A stretch of 64,000 nucleotides of DNA, taken from Octopus sinensis (lineage: Eukaryota). Position 1 is the first letter of the stretch. The number at the start of each line of letters is the position of its first letter. Of the stretch, positions 38,801 through 53,800 are shown in pieces. The notes under the pieces are model-generated. The model was not told the origin of the DNA. It saw only the letters and a program-made list of their open reading frames with translations, and made no database searches. The translations under genes and the position numbers were made by a program. Location of the stretch: assembly GCF_006345805.1 (NCBI RefSeq), contig NC_042997.1:54250001-54314000 (forward strand). The letters are read 5' to 3'.

Positions 38801-41800
38801 ACAAAGTAAGTATTGAATAATGTTATATCAGATATGCTGTACTGAAAAGACAGAATATTATAGGTCTAATGCTTTTGATCTTAAGTCTACTCAATGAGAG
38901 CTGACTTGGAGCTGAACAACACCAATCATTTGCCTACTACATCGTGTCAGGTTCACTCCCACTGTATGGTACCTTGGGCAAGTATCCGCTACTACAGCCC
39001 CATCTGTAGTAAAGAGCCAACAAGGTTCCCTTATATATATAAAAAAGAAATTTATTTAAATAAAATAAATTCACTGGCATCCTTGAATTTGCCAGGAGCC
39101 CTCTTCGAAGGTAGCAAAATAATCTGGTTCTGCCTTACTAAATTTCTCTCAATGGCCCAAAATATAGCTGGAATGAAAATAGTTTGCAAAGAATATTTAC
39201 AGCTTTTATTAACAAGGCAAAATAAAGTGTTTAATTGTGTCAAATAATGACTACCTATCATCTGCAAATCATGTGCTAACCTTACAGCTAAAATGCTATG
39301 AAAATCTATTGTTTTCTAAATGAAATTCCACACAACACTACCCTGTCATCTATTGTTTTTGACTTAGCAATGTTCTCACATAATCTACACATAATATCAT
39401 TTCCCTTACAATCATATCATTCTACATATCCCTGACTATGACCATACTATAATTATTTGAATTAAAGTCAGGTCTTCCCCTAAACTAGGCAATGCATGAA
39501 AGCATTCAGTTCGGTGGCAGCTCGTAGATAAAATTATTTGGGATGCTGCTTCAGAAAATTTTTAGCTGTCTTTAGCTGGGTTTTTTTTTGCTTAAAATGA
39601 AACAAACATATAAAAAGAAAATTTATACATAAATTTTATCGGTTCCCGTTTTAGCCACTACCAGGTAGTGTGTTTAATTTGTTCACTGAACACCACCATG
39701 AAATCCCCCTTGTTTTTCAAAAATCCCCCCTAAATTATAAAATAAGGGTGGGGAGAAATGTGCCCTATTTTTCAAATCCTGGCAGTAACACTGAACCTGG
39801 AAGCAGGATAATAATCTAATTCTACACTTTATCCCATTCAAGAATATAAACACGTTTTTAAGCACAACACACACAGAGTCAAAAAAGAAACACTACCTTT
39901 CACTGGGACACCGAGATCAGCACTGTCGTTCACGCAGTGCTCTCTCTCCCTAGTATGAAGCTTCCTATCTCAGATACATGAGCATACACACAACAGCCAA
40001 ACACCACGTCACTGGAACTGTGAAGCACACAGTTCTATACAAGGATTTTTGTATTTTTATAAATTAGGGGATGGCTACTGACATTAAGCTTAAGGATTAT
40101 ATAATGTACAAATATAAAGAAAGAATTAAAGAAGAAAGGACTCATTATATTGAATGTCATCAATAATATTGAGTGGAAATAGCAAGTGCTGCAGTTCTGC
40201 AGTGCCTATACACGAGCTGCCACTGATTCTGTTGTATCCTTTACATTACAAATATCTAAACTCATTGGTATAGATTTTGGACAAAATAAGATTTTAAAAC
40301 AGATAGCCTGCAAGTAATATTTTGGTTCTCTCTAAACCTGCAATTCTTCTACCACAAATAACAAATCTAAAACACTCCTATCTGTATCTCAGTCAGCTAC
40401 ATCTAACCGCACCACATCTATAGACCTTCTTCACAGTGAAATACACCAGTAATCAGTACTCCAGTTCACATCATCCTTGCAACTACACATCTAACAGACC
40501 ATAAGCATTTTAATGTATATGTAACATTTCTGAATACTTTTCAAAACCAGCCTACAAATGCTCTCTTCCTTTAAACCAAAAAATAAGTACTAATTCAAAC
40601 CATGATGTAAAATACAAATGCACTTTGTATTCTATCAACATTTTCCATAGTCAAGACACTTGACTGTCAATGTTCCAGAACATTTAATCATAAATTGGTA
40701 AGGTGGCTTAATTCAGCTGTGATTCTTTATATAATGTAGTCATAAAATTAGTCTAAAATTATCAGCAAAAGTGTATCTCCACAAGTAACAAAACTCCTCG
40801 TTATTCACATCATCTCTGCTAAAGCTAACAACATTTATTTTCCATGCCACATTCAACACTGCATTTAAAAGAAGAGAAAAAGAAATGATATTCTTTCAAG
40901 GTTCAAGGTATTAGTTTGTAAATGTAACTCTACTGGTAACTCCATATTATTTCAAAAACATTGGATAAAGACTTTGTAAACTGTTATCTGTCTAATCCTA
41001 AAAACGTGTTTATATCCATGCTGTTTTTCAGTATGCTTTTTTTTTTATGTGATTCTCTTATCAGACTATTGGGATATTGGTTACACATTATAACTAGCTA
41101 TCCCTTCCATAAACTATTCACACCTGTTAATTACGTCTTGAAAGTATTTTTTTCTTTACGAATTAGATAGGAATGTGACTATTCCATAAACAAATGATAC
41201 AATGGAAAATATTTAAAGATAATTATGAGTCTATTTTGATACTTGTCTGTTTGTGTTCTTTGCTATAAAGGACTACATACCAAGCATTATAAAGTTTAAG
41301 ATGAGCCAAATTCACAATCTGGTTTTAATACTAGTGTTTAACAACTTTATTCCAATTACATCACTAAAACCCTTGGGAAAAGTCGGAGTATTGCTACTTA
41401 CTCATTTCCCTTGCACTAATAAACATCCATGCCAGAGTAAGAAACAAATAAAGCTATGTGTTAGAAGAAGGTATTTCCTATAATATTCAGATAGACACTA
41501 GAATAGCTCTACATTGGAATGGTATTCTTGTAAACCATAAGTGAAAGTAGAGACTAATGTTTTAAGGTTGTGTTCTTTGTTGGACAAAGAAGAAAAGCAA
41601 TTTAATTTTATTTCTCCAGTACAAGGCCTCAACTAGAAGGTTAATCTCTGCTTTAGCTCAGCACACACCAACTAACATCTCTTCTATTTTTACATCCAAT
41701 CATGGAATTGTCTCATGTATGGTAATATTCTTTTCTACTCTAGGCACAAAGCCCGAAATTTTTGGGGAAGGGGCCAGTCGATTAGATCAACCTCAGTATG

Positions 41801-44800
41801 CAACTGGTACTTAATTTATTGATCCCAAAAGGATGAAAGGCAAAGTCAACCTCGGTGGAATTTGAACTCAGAACATAAAGACAGATGAAATACTGCTAAG
41901 CATTTTACCCAATGTGCTAACGTTTCTGTCAGCTCACTTCTTTATGTATGGTAATATTGTCTCATCTATAATGCCATTATGCTGCCTCATGTAATTATAT
42001 TCATATTAATTTTTTGCATTAGGTTGTGGCAGTTGGTGCAAATGGTAACAAATTAGACAAGATATTTATGCTATCTAGTCTAGTCCTTCATAGGTACTTT
42101 TTCAAATTATGTTGAAATTGACTTTCCTTTTTGTATGTCAGTATTAATCATAAGTATTCAACTGATTCTTCATATGGAATTGTACCTACACCTGATTGTA
42201 TTTATAGTTAGGTGGGATAAGCATGAAGAGTTAAGTATTTTGATTAGGGCACAATGCAGCATGATAGCCAAATATGAACTGTTGGCCTTTTGAAGAGCCT
42301 ACAGTTCTTCGTTTAATACTCTTTACTCATTCTCTTTACTTTTTTACTTGTTTCAGTCATTTGACTGCGGCCATGCTGGAACACCACCTTTAGTCGAGCA
42401 AATCGACCCCGAGTCTTATTCTTTGTAAGCCCAGTACTTATTCTATTGGTCTCTTTTGCCGAACCGCTAAGTGACGGGGACGTAAACACACCAGCATCGT
42501 AAACACACAAGCAATGCTAGGGGACAAACACAGACACACAAATACACTCGCACACATATATATATATATATACATATATACGACAGGCTTCTTTCAGTTT
42601 CCGTCTACCAAATCCACTCACAAGGCATTGGTCGGCCCGGGGCTATAGTAGAAGACACTTGCCCAAGATGCCACGCAGTGGGACTGAACCCGGAACCATG
42701 TGGTTGGTTAGCAAGCTACTTACCACACAGCCACTCCTACGCCTACACAGCCACTCATCCGCCTATAATATATAAAACATAGAGAAACCAAATATAAATT
42801 TCATAATGGGAGAGTGATCCTGCTTTGTTAATAATTATTCCTAATTAGCTTTTTAATACTAACTACATTAGGTAGTATAGTCCTAGATACACTGTATATA
42901 AATAATGATGAGGATAGTCACAACTAGAATTCTTTTGGTCATAGTTGCTTGATTACGGCTGAGCTGGAGCTAAACAACACAAAGTGTAAAATAGCCTAAT
43001 CAAAACTAACCAGTGAAACAAATTGAATTTGGACTTAACTTTAGACATAGATAAATGAAAAATTTAACATTTTTTCATGGAGTTCATGCATTCTAGTTTG
43101 GTGTAACTAATTTGTCATACTAGCATGAAGGAATTGATTTATTCAGTAGAGTACTTGTCTTTAAAACTAAATAACATTCTTAACTCTAACAACTAATCTT
43201 AATACTTGTAGTGGAACCTATCTATATCAGTCAGGACAATTAGAACCTGGAGAGTTGTGGCTCCAATAGTATGGTTAGAATCATTACTGTTTGGTCAGTA
43301 CCCCAGCCCATTAAGTAAATCAAGCATTCATTGTACTTTTATATTAACCCTGATATCATTATTTTAACATCTGGTAAAATACACTACCTTTTTCCTTTTT
43401 TGGTTAAATTTGAAAGTAATGAAGAATTTAGTTGAATAACATAGTCATTGTTAAGCTGGTGTTTAGGACATATTTTAACATGAAATTTCTGATATATTTC
43501 AATTTGAAAAGCAAAGTAAAATTTGGGAGGAGAGAACTTAGAACCAAAAATAATAAAACTTAATTACTCTATTATTTAAACCAATTATTCTTTCTACAAC
43601 TTTATGCTTTATTTTCACATCCACTACTGCTGTAATTTATAAAATGATAGCTGGCTAAATCAACAGGATGTTGACATACAGGCCAAGAGTCTAGAGTTTG
43701 TATCCCATCATCAGCACTGTGGTGTGTTCATAATGAAGACACTTAATTGTCATCGATCTAGTTATTTATTTGTTGCTACAAACTGAATAGCATTAAACAG
43801 GTATACATGGATACACAACCTGGTCCTTAAGGTTATCTCCAATGCTATAAAGAACCAAATTGATCTCAACTACAGTGAAAAAACACCACTGAAAGTACCA
43901 ACTAAAGATTTCATTACCTTTGTCACACTCAGGTCAGTGGATCCATTTCAAGAAGAAGAACAACAACAAACTTTTTGTGAGTGATGAAAAGTGGAATGGC
44001 TATTGGGAGGTGACTACAGATTTACCAGGGTGCCAGGGACTCTTTCCCATCCCAGTCACAAAAAAAAAATGGACATTTTAATGTGATGTGAAGGAAAGAA
44101 AGTTGTGAATCTAGTCAAGTTAACGGTTCCTCATTAAGATAAAACATGGACACCACTCAGGCTCGAAAGATTGACTGTTATGTAAACCTCCTCAAGGAAT
44201 GTGAAGACGCAGGCTGGAAAGCGGAGCATTTTCCAATCGAAGTTGGATGTAGAGGGTTTGTTTGACACAGTGTGAGAAGACTTTTGTTATCGTTAGGCCT
44301 AACTCATCGTAAACATCACCATGATCGATATCCAAACTACAGTGGAGAAGGCTAGCCACTGGATTTGGTTAAAAAGAGACAATGAGCAATGGCTAGAAGA
44401 ATATTGAGCTTTATTCAATAACCAGTTGATCTAGCAAGCAGGGCCTCATATCAGTGAGGGGGTGGCACATTGATGCCCTTGAGAGGTAGGCCCCGAAATG
44501 GTGCGCATTCTCTCCTGATGACCCCATACACTTGCTGGCTTCCGGTATGCAGAGTTCTTGACTGGTACCACTTACATGTGCAAGTTGTTTGTAAAACATC
44601 TTGTTGCTACAAATTGCTGTATGTTAATTCAATGTCAGCTGTCATTGAGCAGATCCATAATCATAGGCTTCCCTGGCATGAACATTTCATAGTTTTTCAG
44701 ACAGAATATATATCTAGGAATTCATTATGCACTATGCTCTGTCCCTCTTTTTTTTCCTTTTTTTTTTATGTGATGGTTGTTGAGGAAGACAAATTTCCTG

Positions 44801-47800
44801 CAAAATTAGCAATCTCATACATACCTTTAATTGACTTGTTTATTTATAGATAGGGACCATAGGTAAATAGTTACAGCTCTCTGCAGTAAGTAGTGGCAGC
44901 AATTTATAGTTAATCAGTGTTTCATTCACTTACAATAATGATCGTACTCTGTGCTATAAGCCCTTGAAGAGGCATTAGAAGACTCTTTCACTTGAAAACC
45001 TTGTAGTTCCTCTTGACTCCATTAATTAAGTCTATTTAAATTTTTTTTTAAACAAATTTTTGAATACATCAATTCTGTTTATGTTTATTTTTCACTTAAC
45101 AACTAAAACTAAAGTTGACCTAAAATTTATTAATTGCGTCTTTTGTTTTTACTAAATTACAGTTTTAATTTCAATTTTGTAATAATAATAATAATAAAGT
45201 TGGAGGAGGATTAACACAAAGTGAGGCATTTTCTTAACAATTTAGTGTTTTGCATTAAACAGAAAAATCATATTCATGATGTTAATAAAAATAATTATTA
45301 CAGCATTAAGTGATTTATCACATGTTGATATCTTTTTTGTTTGTATCTTGGGGGTGGAGACTTGTTTGTTGGTTTAACTTACTAAATTTCGCAGTTTTAA
45401 TTTTTGCCAAGTTAACAAGATTAATTGCAGTAGGGAATGGTTGATTGTGTGTGTATGTGTGTGTGTGCAAGCGTGTACATGTACATGTGTGTATGCATGC
45501 GTGCATGTGTGAAATATTCATAAATGCTTCCTAAATTCTAAGGGGCCTTTTATGTGCCAGTGCTTGAGATAAACCGACCTGGATGAAACTCCAGGCTATC
45601 AGTGATGTTCCATTTCCTGCAGCAAAATGAACTGAGATATAATATCGAATAAAGTGACTTTCTTTATCTCTCTCAAAAACACAAGATGTATGTCTATAGC
45701 AGATTTGAACTCACAAGCAGTGATGTGTATTCTTTTCAGTTCCAGGGGCTTAAAGGACAAAGTTGACTTTTAGAATGTAAATGGACATAAATGAATACAA
45801 TAAGAGATTTCATTTGACATTCCACTCTTATGATACCAACATAATCCTGAGAGTTACAATATTGAAGGACATTACAATACATACTGACAGGAATATCTTG
45901 CTCATTTGATCAGATATTGTCATTAAGATGTAAAAGTTTATAACTATTTCTTATCCTGTGAATAGGAACATACTGTATTTTCCAGCATGCAAGTCTATAG
46001 TATATAGTGTAAACATATACCATTTGTATATAGTGTAAACATGTAGTGTAAGCATTCGAGAATCATCCCTCTCTTTCCAAATCCTGCTGCATTTCACATG
46101 GAATTTTTGATCATCCAGTGTTGGAATTCTGCTTTATGCACGGCATATAACCCCTCGCAACTTTTTTATTTCAAGGAATTTTCAGAAAGCTTTTGGGAAT
46201 TTGTGTTCTACACACAGGGATTCATACAGCTATGCAAAAACCAAAAGACACATTTTTTTGTGTAATTTAAGGGGCATTTAGTTATTATTTTTAGCACCAC
46301 TTCATACTATCCTTGTTTGTTTGTCACTTTAATGATTTGATGTTTTTCAATATCTTTCTCCCCTTAAACATATTTAATAGTCTGTTGTTGAGATTTAAGC
46401 CAAAATTTTGGCTGTCCATATTTTAAACTGATTTAAAAGAAAAGAAATTTGAAAAATTCTAAAAAAAGTTTTTTTGTATAGTCATATGAATTCCCTTGTG
46501 CAGAACACAAATTCACAAAATTTTTCTGAAAATTCCAAATGATAAAAAAGTTATAAGAGGTTATATGCTGTGTGTAAAGCAGAATTCTGCTCCTTCTGTA
46601 ATCTGATTTGGTTGTAAATTTTGGTTTGAAAAATTCAACTTGTTTGCTAGAAAAATATAGTGTTGATGAAAGAAACAGACATGAAATGATAAACATTCAG
46701 ACTACAGTGATTTACTGATAGAATTAATTGGTCAGAATGTATGGCACTGATACCACTGTGGTATCCATTGTGGTAGGGACTCTAGGAATAGAAATAAGCA
46801 GCTTATCTGGCTATTATTCAACCCAAGAATAGCAGAAAACAGTTTTCCATGAAGGGAATCCATATTTTTATGAAAATTCTTTACGTAATAGTTCTTTAAC
46901 AAATAAATCCATAATTTCCACATTTGAATTTGTATTTTTCCTTTACTGATCTAGGCTTTGATTCTTCAGATGCTATTGGTGTTAAATATGTAGCATTCCA
47001 AGACAAATGTCAAAACAATTAACCATGTCTTGTGTATTACTTTATTTCAACAGGGCAGATTATGGCATATGTCTGTGGATAGTAATTTACATGTTTTATG
47101 TTGTTAGTTTTCCTTGTCAAAAAAGGTAGGCTCCTAGGGAGACAAGCTGCTTCCTCCTTTCCAGTTCTCAAATATATGTTTCATTTCAATTATGTTGCTT
47201 AATGACCTTAAAAAGACCTGAACCTTTGAACCTTGCATAATCTTATTTCTCTTTGTCTATAAATGTGTGGACCTAAAGCCTATAGTTAAAAAAATCAATT
47301 TTGTGTTCAATAAAATAAAAGTTTGTAATTATTGTAACATTTATCAGAATGTAGTGTCCAAATTTGTAAACCTGATTAAGAAGTGTGTGTGGAACTTTAG
47401 ATGATTATCATACAAACTGGTTTCATCTGTCTTGAAAGTTTATGTAACCTTTATTGTAACTCCAACTCACAAAAGAAAAGAGAGAAAAAACATTGTGTGC
47501 CTGTGGGATATTGATTTCATTTGTATAACAAAATATATATGATTACTAGATTAATCACCTCGGAGGAATATTTTTTAAAAAGGGTTGTTTAACAATAAGA
47601 AGAATGGGATGAATGGAAAGTTAGAAGAATTAGAAGAGCAGTTGTTCATTTTTGATTCAGCTTGTGCTGAACATGACTGTCCAAAGAAAAATAACACAGT
47701 AATGTTGGAAAGTTCTGTTCATAGTAGTAGTATATATATTAAGAGAGAAGTCAGAATATTCTTGTGAAAGTGATTACTTCTTTTTACAGTTCAGTATTTG

Positions 47801-50800
47801 ACAGATGTGACTGTGGAAACTCTGCCAAATGTAAGAATTTACCTGACACTATGCCTTGCTGCTCATATCACTTAGCTCCTAATTTTCACACCGTCTGTCA
47901 CTCTCTTCACATCTTACCTCTTTAAACACTTCAGAATAATGTGATTTGACAGATCTATGGTGACATGTCACTCAAAAATCTGGAAGTTGTTTATTGGTTC
48001 AATTTTTGCTGATGACATTATTCAATCTGCCAAAATTATGGTTGTTAATTGCAAACAAATCCTGGGTTTGAATCAAAGTGAAGACCTGCTACAATTGCAT
48101 CTACTTCTAATCAATATATCTAGAGAGAAAGCCAGTCAGAACATTCTGTTAAAAAGATGCTGCTCATAAATTTAAAAAGTGAGGAACAGCTGGTGAGAAG
48201 GAGAGATCTTGGTGATCAATAGTTTTTCATTGGAAAGTATAGGTCCAACAGAATCCTATTGTTCATTTAGAAGATAATATTAACAAACCTAAAGATCTCT
48301 ATGGTTCATACTGAATTTAGATTTCTGTACTACTGAGTGAGAACGTGACAAATCTTCCTATTTTACAGTGTGCTATTCTATATTTGATAACTTATTTGGA
48401 ATTGTTGCTGTCTATACATTGCTGCTATATAAACTTAAGTGCATAGAATACAATAATCTTTCCAAAACAGAAGGAAATGCCTACAGTAGATTTGAACTTA
48501 CAACCAATTAGTTCATAATTCTTAGTCAATCATTTTAATTGTTGCTTAATTTGCTTAATCAATACTTCTTTCTTGTAATTGTTTAAACATAATGTATCAG
48601 GGTTGTTTCTTTGCTGCAATGTAAGAACCGGTTCCAGCACTTGACTGGTACTTTACTTTATTGAACCCCACCCAGAAGGATAAAAGTCAAAGCTGACTTT
48701 GGCAGGATTTGAACTCAGAATGAATGGGTCATAACTAAATACTATAGGCATATGTGACATCCTAATGATTCTACCACTATTCTAAAGCATTATTCTACTG
48801 AGGTTGACTTTGCTTTTCATCCCTTTGGGGTTGATAAAATAAGTACCAGTTGAGCACTGGGGTTGATGTAATCGACTTAACCCTTCCGCCGAAATTGCTG
48901 GCCTTGTGCCAAAATTTGAAACCAATATTCTAAAGCATTCATTGTCAAAACATTTTACTCTAGAAGTTGTAATTCTCCTCACAGAAAATAGCAGTTCCAA
49001 CTGAGAAAGGCACCCAGACTTGCACTGAAACATTTAAATGAATAATCATATAAATATCTATATTTGCAGATCTGCATGACATGGAAAAACTGAAGTAAAA
49101 GTGTTCTTTATTTATATTTTATTGTTTTTATCATATATTTTCAGGTGATCATGTAAAAGTCCCCGAAAGAAACATCAGTATACCTCATGAGCATTTTAAT
49201 TCAAGTACGTCTAACCATAATTACCACAGTAGACATAAACGATCTGACTCTTTAGAAAGATATATAGAATTGATGGTTGTAGCAGATCCAGAAATGTGGA
49301 GGTACCATGGAGATGACTTAGAACATTATGTATTCACATTGTTGGCCATGGTAAGAACTTCTATAAATATTATAAAAGTTATATTATAGAATTAGAATGA
49401 GCAGTTGTTATAACATTGAAATACTTGCTAAAGAGTTGACTGTTTATGTCCTTGACAAAGACACTGATCTTAATTGCACAATTTTCTCTTCCTATATTAA
49501 TTTTTATTTGAAATTATTTAACTTCCTCTAAAAAGCCAAGAAGATCACATTTTCCATCTTCCTTTTTCCAGAGTTCAATAGTACTAAGTCCAGTAAACAT
49601 CAAATAATGTTTATTCTGATTATAAAAAGCCAAAATAACAGGTTTAGATTTGCTTGGGGTAATTATTTGCATACAGACTGCACGTACAGACACTTACCTA
49701 AACAGAAATCCTACATGCATGTAACAGTTGTATTGTAATGTTTTATGGGGTAATGTTTAATATTTTTTAAATTTCATTTATTAATTGTTAAAATCTGTTT
49801 TATTCTTGACTATTTTTCAGGTCACTAACATATATAAACATCCATCTATAAAAAATTATCTTAACTTAGTTGTTGTCAAATTTTTAGTCCTTAAAGGTAA
49901 TGAGGTAAGTCCATTTTATTTATTTGGAAGCTGTTAACATTTTGATATAAATCCTTTAATTTGAAAAGTTCATTTCACCTTCACATTCACATGCAGATTA
50001 CTATATTTTGATTCTTTTAACTATTTTATTTAAACTTTTACTCACAAATATTTATTGAATTAATAAAAAATTTGTATGTAACTTGAGGTTGAAATATAAA
50101 ATGTCAGTGCCTTTCTTTTAGAGATAGAGTAATATGGATTTTTCAGGAGGTTATTATAATGAATAAAACCATATTATTTAAAGAACAAATGGATCTTAGT
50201 CAGAATCTCCAACCATCAATTTTCAGTTGTTCAATCAACAGAGCTACTCAGATCATTGAATCAGCATGTGGTTGAGTATTCATGCACATGCATATCCTTA
50301 ATATAATTATATCTTGATCAGCATGACACAATATGAGACAAGGTTGAGTCTTGGAATTACTGATACAATCCATCCAATGAGCTTGCCCAACACATCACAT
50401 AGTGAAATTGAACCTGGGACACCTCTTGATTGGAAAGTGAACTTAACCTTTCAGAAATACTGTGCCTGCAAAGAATAAAAATAAGCATATTAACACAAAT
50501 TTTGATTATCAGTAGATGTATGGATAGCTGATAAACAGAATGCTGCAGAACATGTTTCTAAAGTTGTAGTTCTTCAATAAAGGGTCATATTAAATACAAC
50601 TGAAGGCTATTCCCCAATGAAAGCTCTATCTGAACTATGAGATAAAATAAACTCTTTCCAGTGCTTAGAAGGTTCCATGGTAGAGATCTCCTGTTCCCTA
50701 AGTGATTTAATCAGCAGTGAAGGAGGGTGCTCTGAAAACATAGCAGCCAGAATAATAACAGTTCGGAAAAAGTTCAGGAAGCTATTATCTCTGTTCACAA

Positions 50801-53800
50801 CAGAGAGATTCTCTCTTAGGGAGTGAAGAGTAGATTGTACAATGCATGTATACAAACTGTGATGCTCCATAGTAGTGAGATGTGAGCACTGAATACAGAG
50901 GATCTGTGAAGGTTGGAAATAAATAAAATAAGCATGCACTACTGGATGATCCAATGTAGTTTGCTAAGCAATCACGCACAGATGGGCTGTGGGAAAGATT
51001 GGGTATAAGATGGTGATGTGCAAGATAGGAGATTATACAGGTAATGATATGTCATGAATATGGATGATGACTGCTGAATAAAAGAAATACTAGGAGATCC
51101 CTGTGGAATTGTGAGATCAAGGAAGATGTGGACAGAGGTGGTGGGAGATGATCTCAGAATGTTGAGCTTTACAAAGCAGATGGAAAAGGAAAGCAATAAC
51201 TGATGGAACAATATGTTGTCAAGGATCTGTCCAATCCATGCAATCTTGGAAAAAAGCAATTATAAATATAAGGAGCACACACACATGCATATACATATAT
51301 AGTATAGCATATAGTTTCAATGAAATACAGTTTGTAAGTTTATATATTAAAATTTGTGGTTTCTATTTTAAAATTTCATTATTGCTATGTGAGCAACATT
51401 AAATCTCATCTTCTAGTTGATATTGAAATTACTTTCTTTCCTCTCAGATCTAAACATAATAATATACTAAAAACCTTATATTAAAAGTATTTTGTTCCAA
51501 ACAACTTACTACACACTTCAATCACTTGATTTGTTAGTGATTTTCTTGTTATACAATATTCTTTCAACAAGGAGCCTATGCCTTAACTGCATCCCATTAC
51601 TATGTTATTATATAGTTTTCTGTTTGATTGTAAATTTCTTATAACTTAAGTAGAATTTCTTTACATTTCTATCAGAACAGTAGCTTCTTTTATACTCAGG
51701 TAAGCTGAGAACATACCTCATTCAAAAGAAACTGCTGTCTACAGCAGCTTCTACCTCTATATAAGGTTTTTGTTTTTTTTCAGTGAGAATTGACTTTTCA
51801 GTCACTTACATTGAATCCAGAAAACAATTCTAAATTTTTATTATTTTTTTTATTTTAGGAAAATCTAGAAATTACATCAAATGCAGTAAAAACATTACAA
51901 CAATTTTGTAAATGGCAATACAAGCTAAATATTGAAGATGATGCCAATGAACATCATGATGCTGCAATACTTCTGACAAGGTATGTTTGTACAACGTATT
52001 TATCACTGCAATCTCTGATGTTTTGTGCAGCACTTGAAACTTGAGGTATTTTGTAGAACTGATTTCATGTAGTCTGGAAATCGTTTCACCTCTTCATGTA
52101 GGTGGAGTATATCTGAGACATGAGATGGTTATCTGTTAAACTGTTTCTATCATTATAGAAGTAATGATGCCAATGTTCTAGAAATCCTCCAAGGTTAAAA
52201 TAGAACAAAGATTTGAACTCTTGGAATTATGAGTCAAAAGCTGTTAAAAATAAAGCTTTATTTTTTTCTTCTTTTAAATGGTAGATAGTAACTTTTGTTC
52301 AGTTTCCTAAAATATAAAATATTCAGGCAACAACATAGGATGAGAAGAAAAGTTTGGTTTATATTACACAGATGAAATTTCTTGTTTGAGATTTCTATAT
52401 TTAAAGATTTTTGTTTTTGATTCTCACCATGAAGCTTTATAATATATATAATTGTTTCTGTAATATTCTGCCCATATCAAATATTTAAAAATATTTTTCC
52501 ATTCACTAATGTAAGAACATGTAGAATAAAGTTTTTCTTATGCGCATAACTATACCCCTATTGTATCAGATGTCAGAGTACAAAATTCTTGATTATACAG
52601 TTCTTTATCATTTCTCTGGATCAGAACTGTATCCGGTAGTATTATATTCTGAAATACAATATTTCTTAACAAATTCTTCATCCCTTCTTTGTCCAAACTT
52701 TTTCAAATAGTAAGAAACTTAACAAACAAGAATTTTTTGACGAAATATTTTAAATCTAGCCACCAACTACCCTTTTGCTTTGTTACATATAATGAAAATA
52801 TAATTTTCACACACCCACTCATGTTTTTGCCCAGAACTTCATATCAATTTATTACATTTTGTAAAGTGAAGACAATGTAAAGTCAAGAGGACCCTTTACA
52901 GTTGCCAAGAACATGAGAACCTCTCCAGAGTTGATGCAATAAAATGCACTCAGTACTTCATTGTGTTGAGTGGTTTGTGTTAGGAAGGGCATTCAGTCCA
53001 GGACAGAACAGACTCTAGATTCAAATGTGATGATTGACAATAAGCCAGTCAAATGGGTCAGGTCATTTAAATATCTTGGAAGTGCAGTAAACTTTAAGAG
53101 TACTCTTGATGATGAAATCAATGTCAGAATATGTAAGGCATTTGAAAACTTCTCCAACATTTGTGGGATGAACATGGTGTCAGTTTGAAAACTAAAATAA
53201 ATGTATACAAATCTTGTTTTTTGAGCACCCTTTTGTATGGGGCAGAAGTATGGACTCCCTACTACAGACATACAAAGAAACGTGAAACCTTTCACATGTA
53301 CTGTCTGCACAATATCTGCAACATGAAATGGCAAGATAAGATGTCAAATATCAAAATCTTAGAAAAATGTGTTATCTCCAGTATCAAAAGCATACTGCTG
53401 AGAATTCAGTGCAGGTGGGTAGGGAGTGTTGTTTGAATGAAAGATGATCACATTCCAAAAATTCTTTTGTATGGCCAACAAGTAGAGGGATATTGTGGTA
53501 AAGAAAGACCTGTCCTTAAGTATAAGGATAAGTGGAAGCAATCACTAAAATTTCTACAGCTTAACTTGACATCTTGGGAAAGTCCTTGTCCAGATCGATC
53601 TGCATGGCATGAAATGTGTCATGATGCATCAAAACAATTTGAGTTAAAGAAACAGAACAATAAAAGAATTATATCTTGCAATCAGCAAATAAATTTGTCC
53701 AATCTCAGGCAAAATCAGAATCATCAGTGTTCCCATTGTGACTTCATAGCAAAATCCATACCTGGACTCAAATTACATTCATGCATCCATTGCAAATAGA

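Noticed and set aside
40003-40010. ccacgtca (TGACGTGG, UPRE/CRE-like site)
   Set aside because: A single 8-mer in 64 kb is not meaningful without further context.
44470-44530. Hammerhead words GAAA and CTGATGA in the HERO 3' UTR (also at about 58760-58795)
   Set aside because: The order would require a type II fold, but both stem II strands are CCCC and only 5 nt are available for stem I; in the second copy GAAA is lost.
47790-47831. 41-nt AG...gtaag segment as an extra ADAMTS exon
   Set aside because: The open phases (1 to 0 or 2 to 1) do not fit the phase-1 intron, and it lies in a probable transposon relic.
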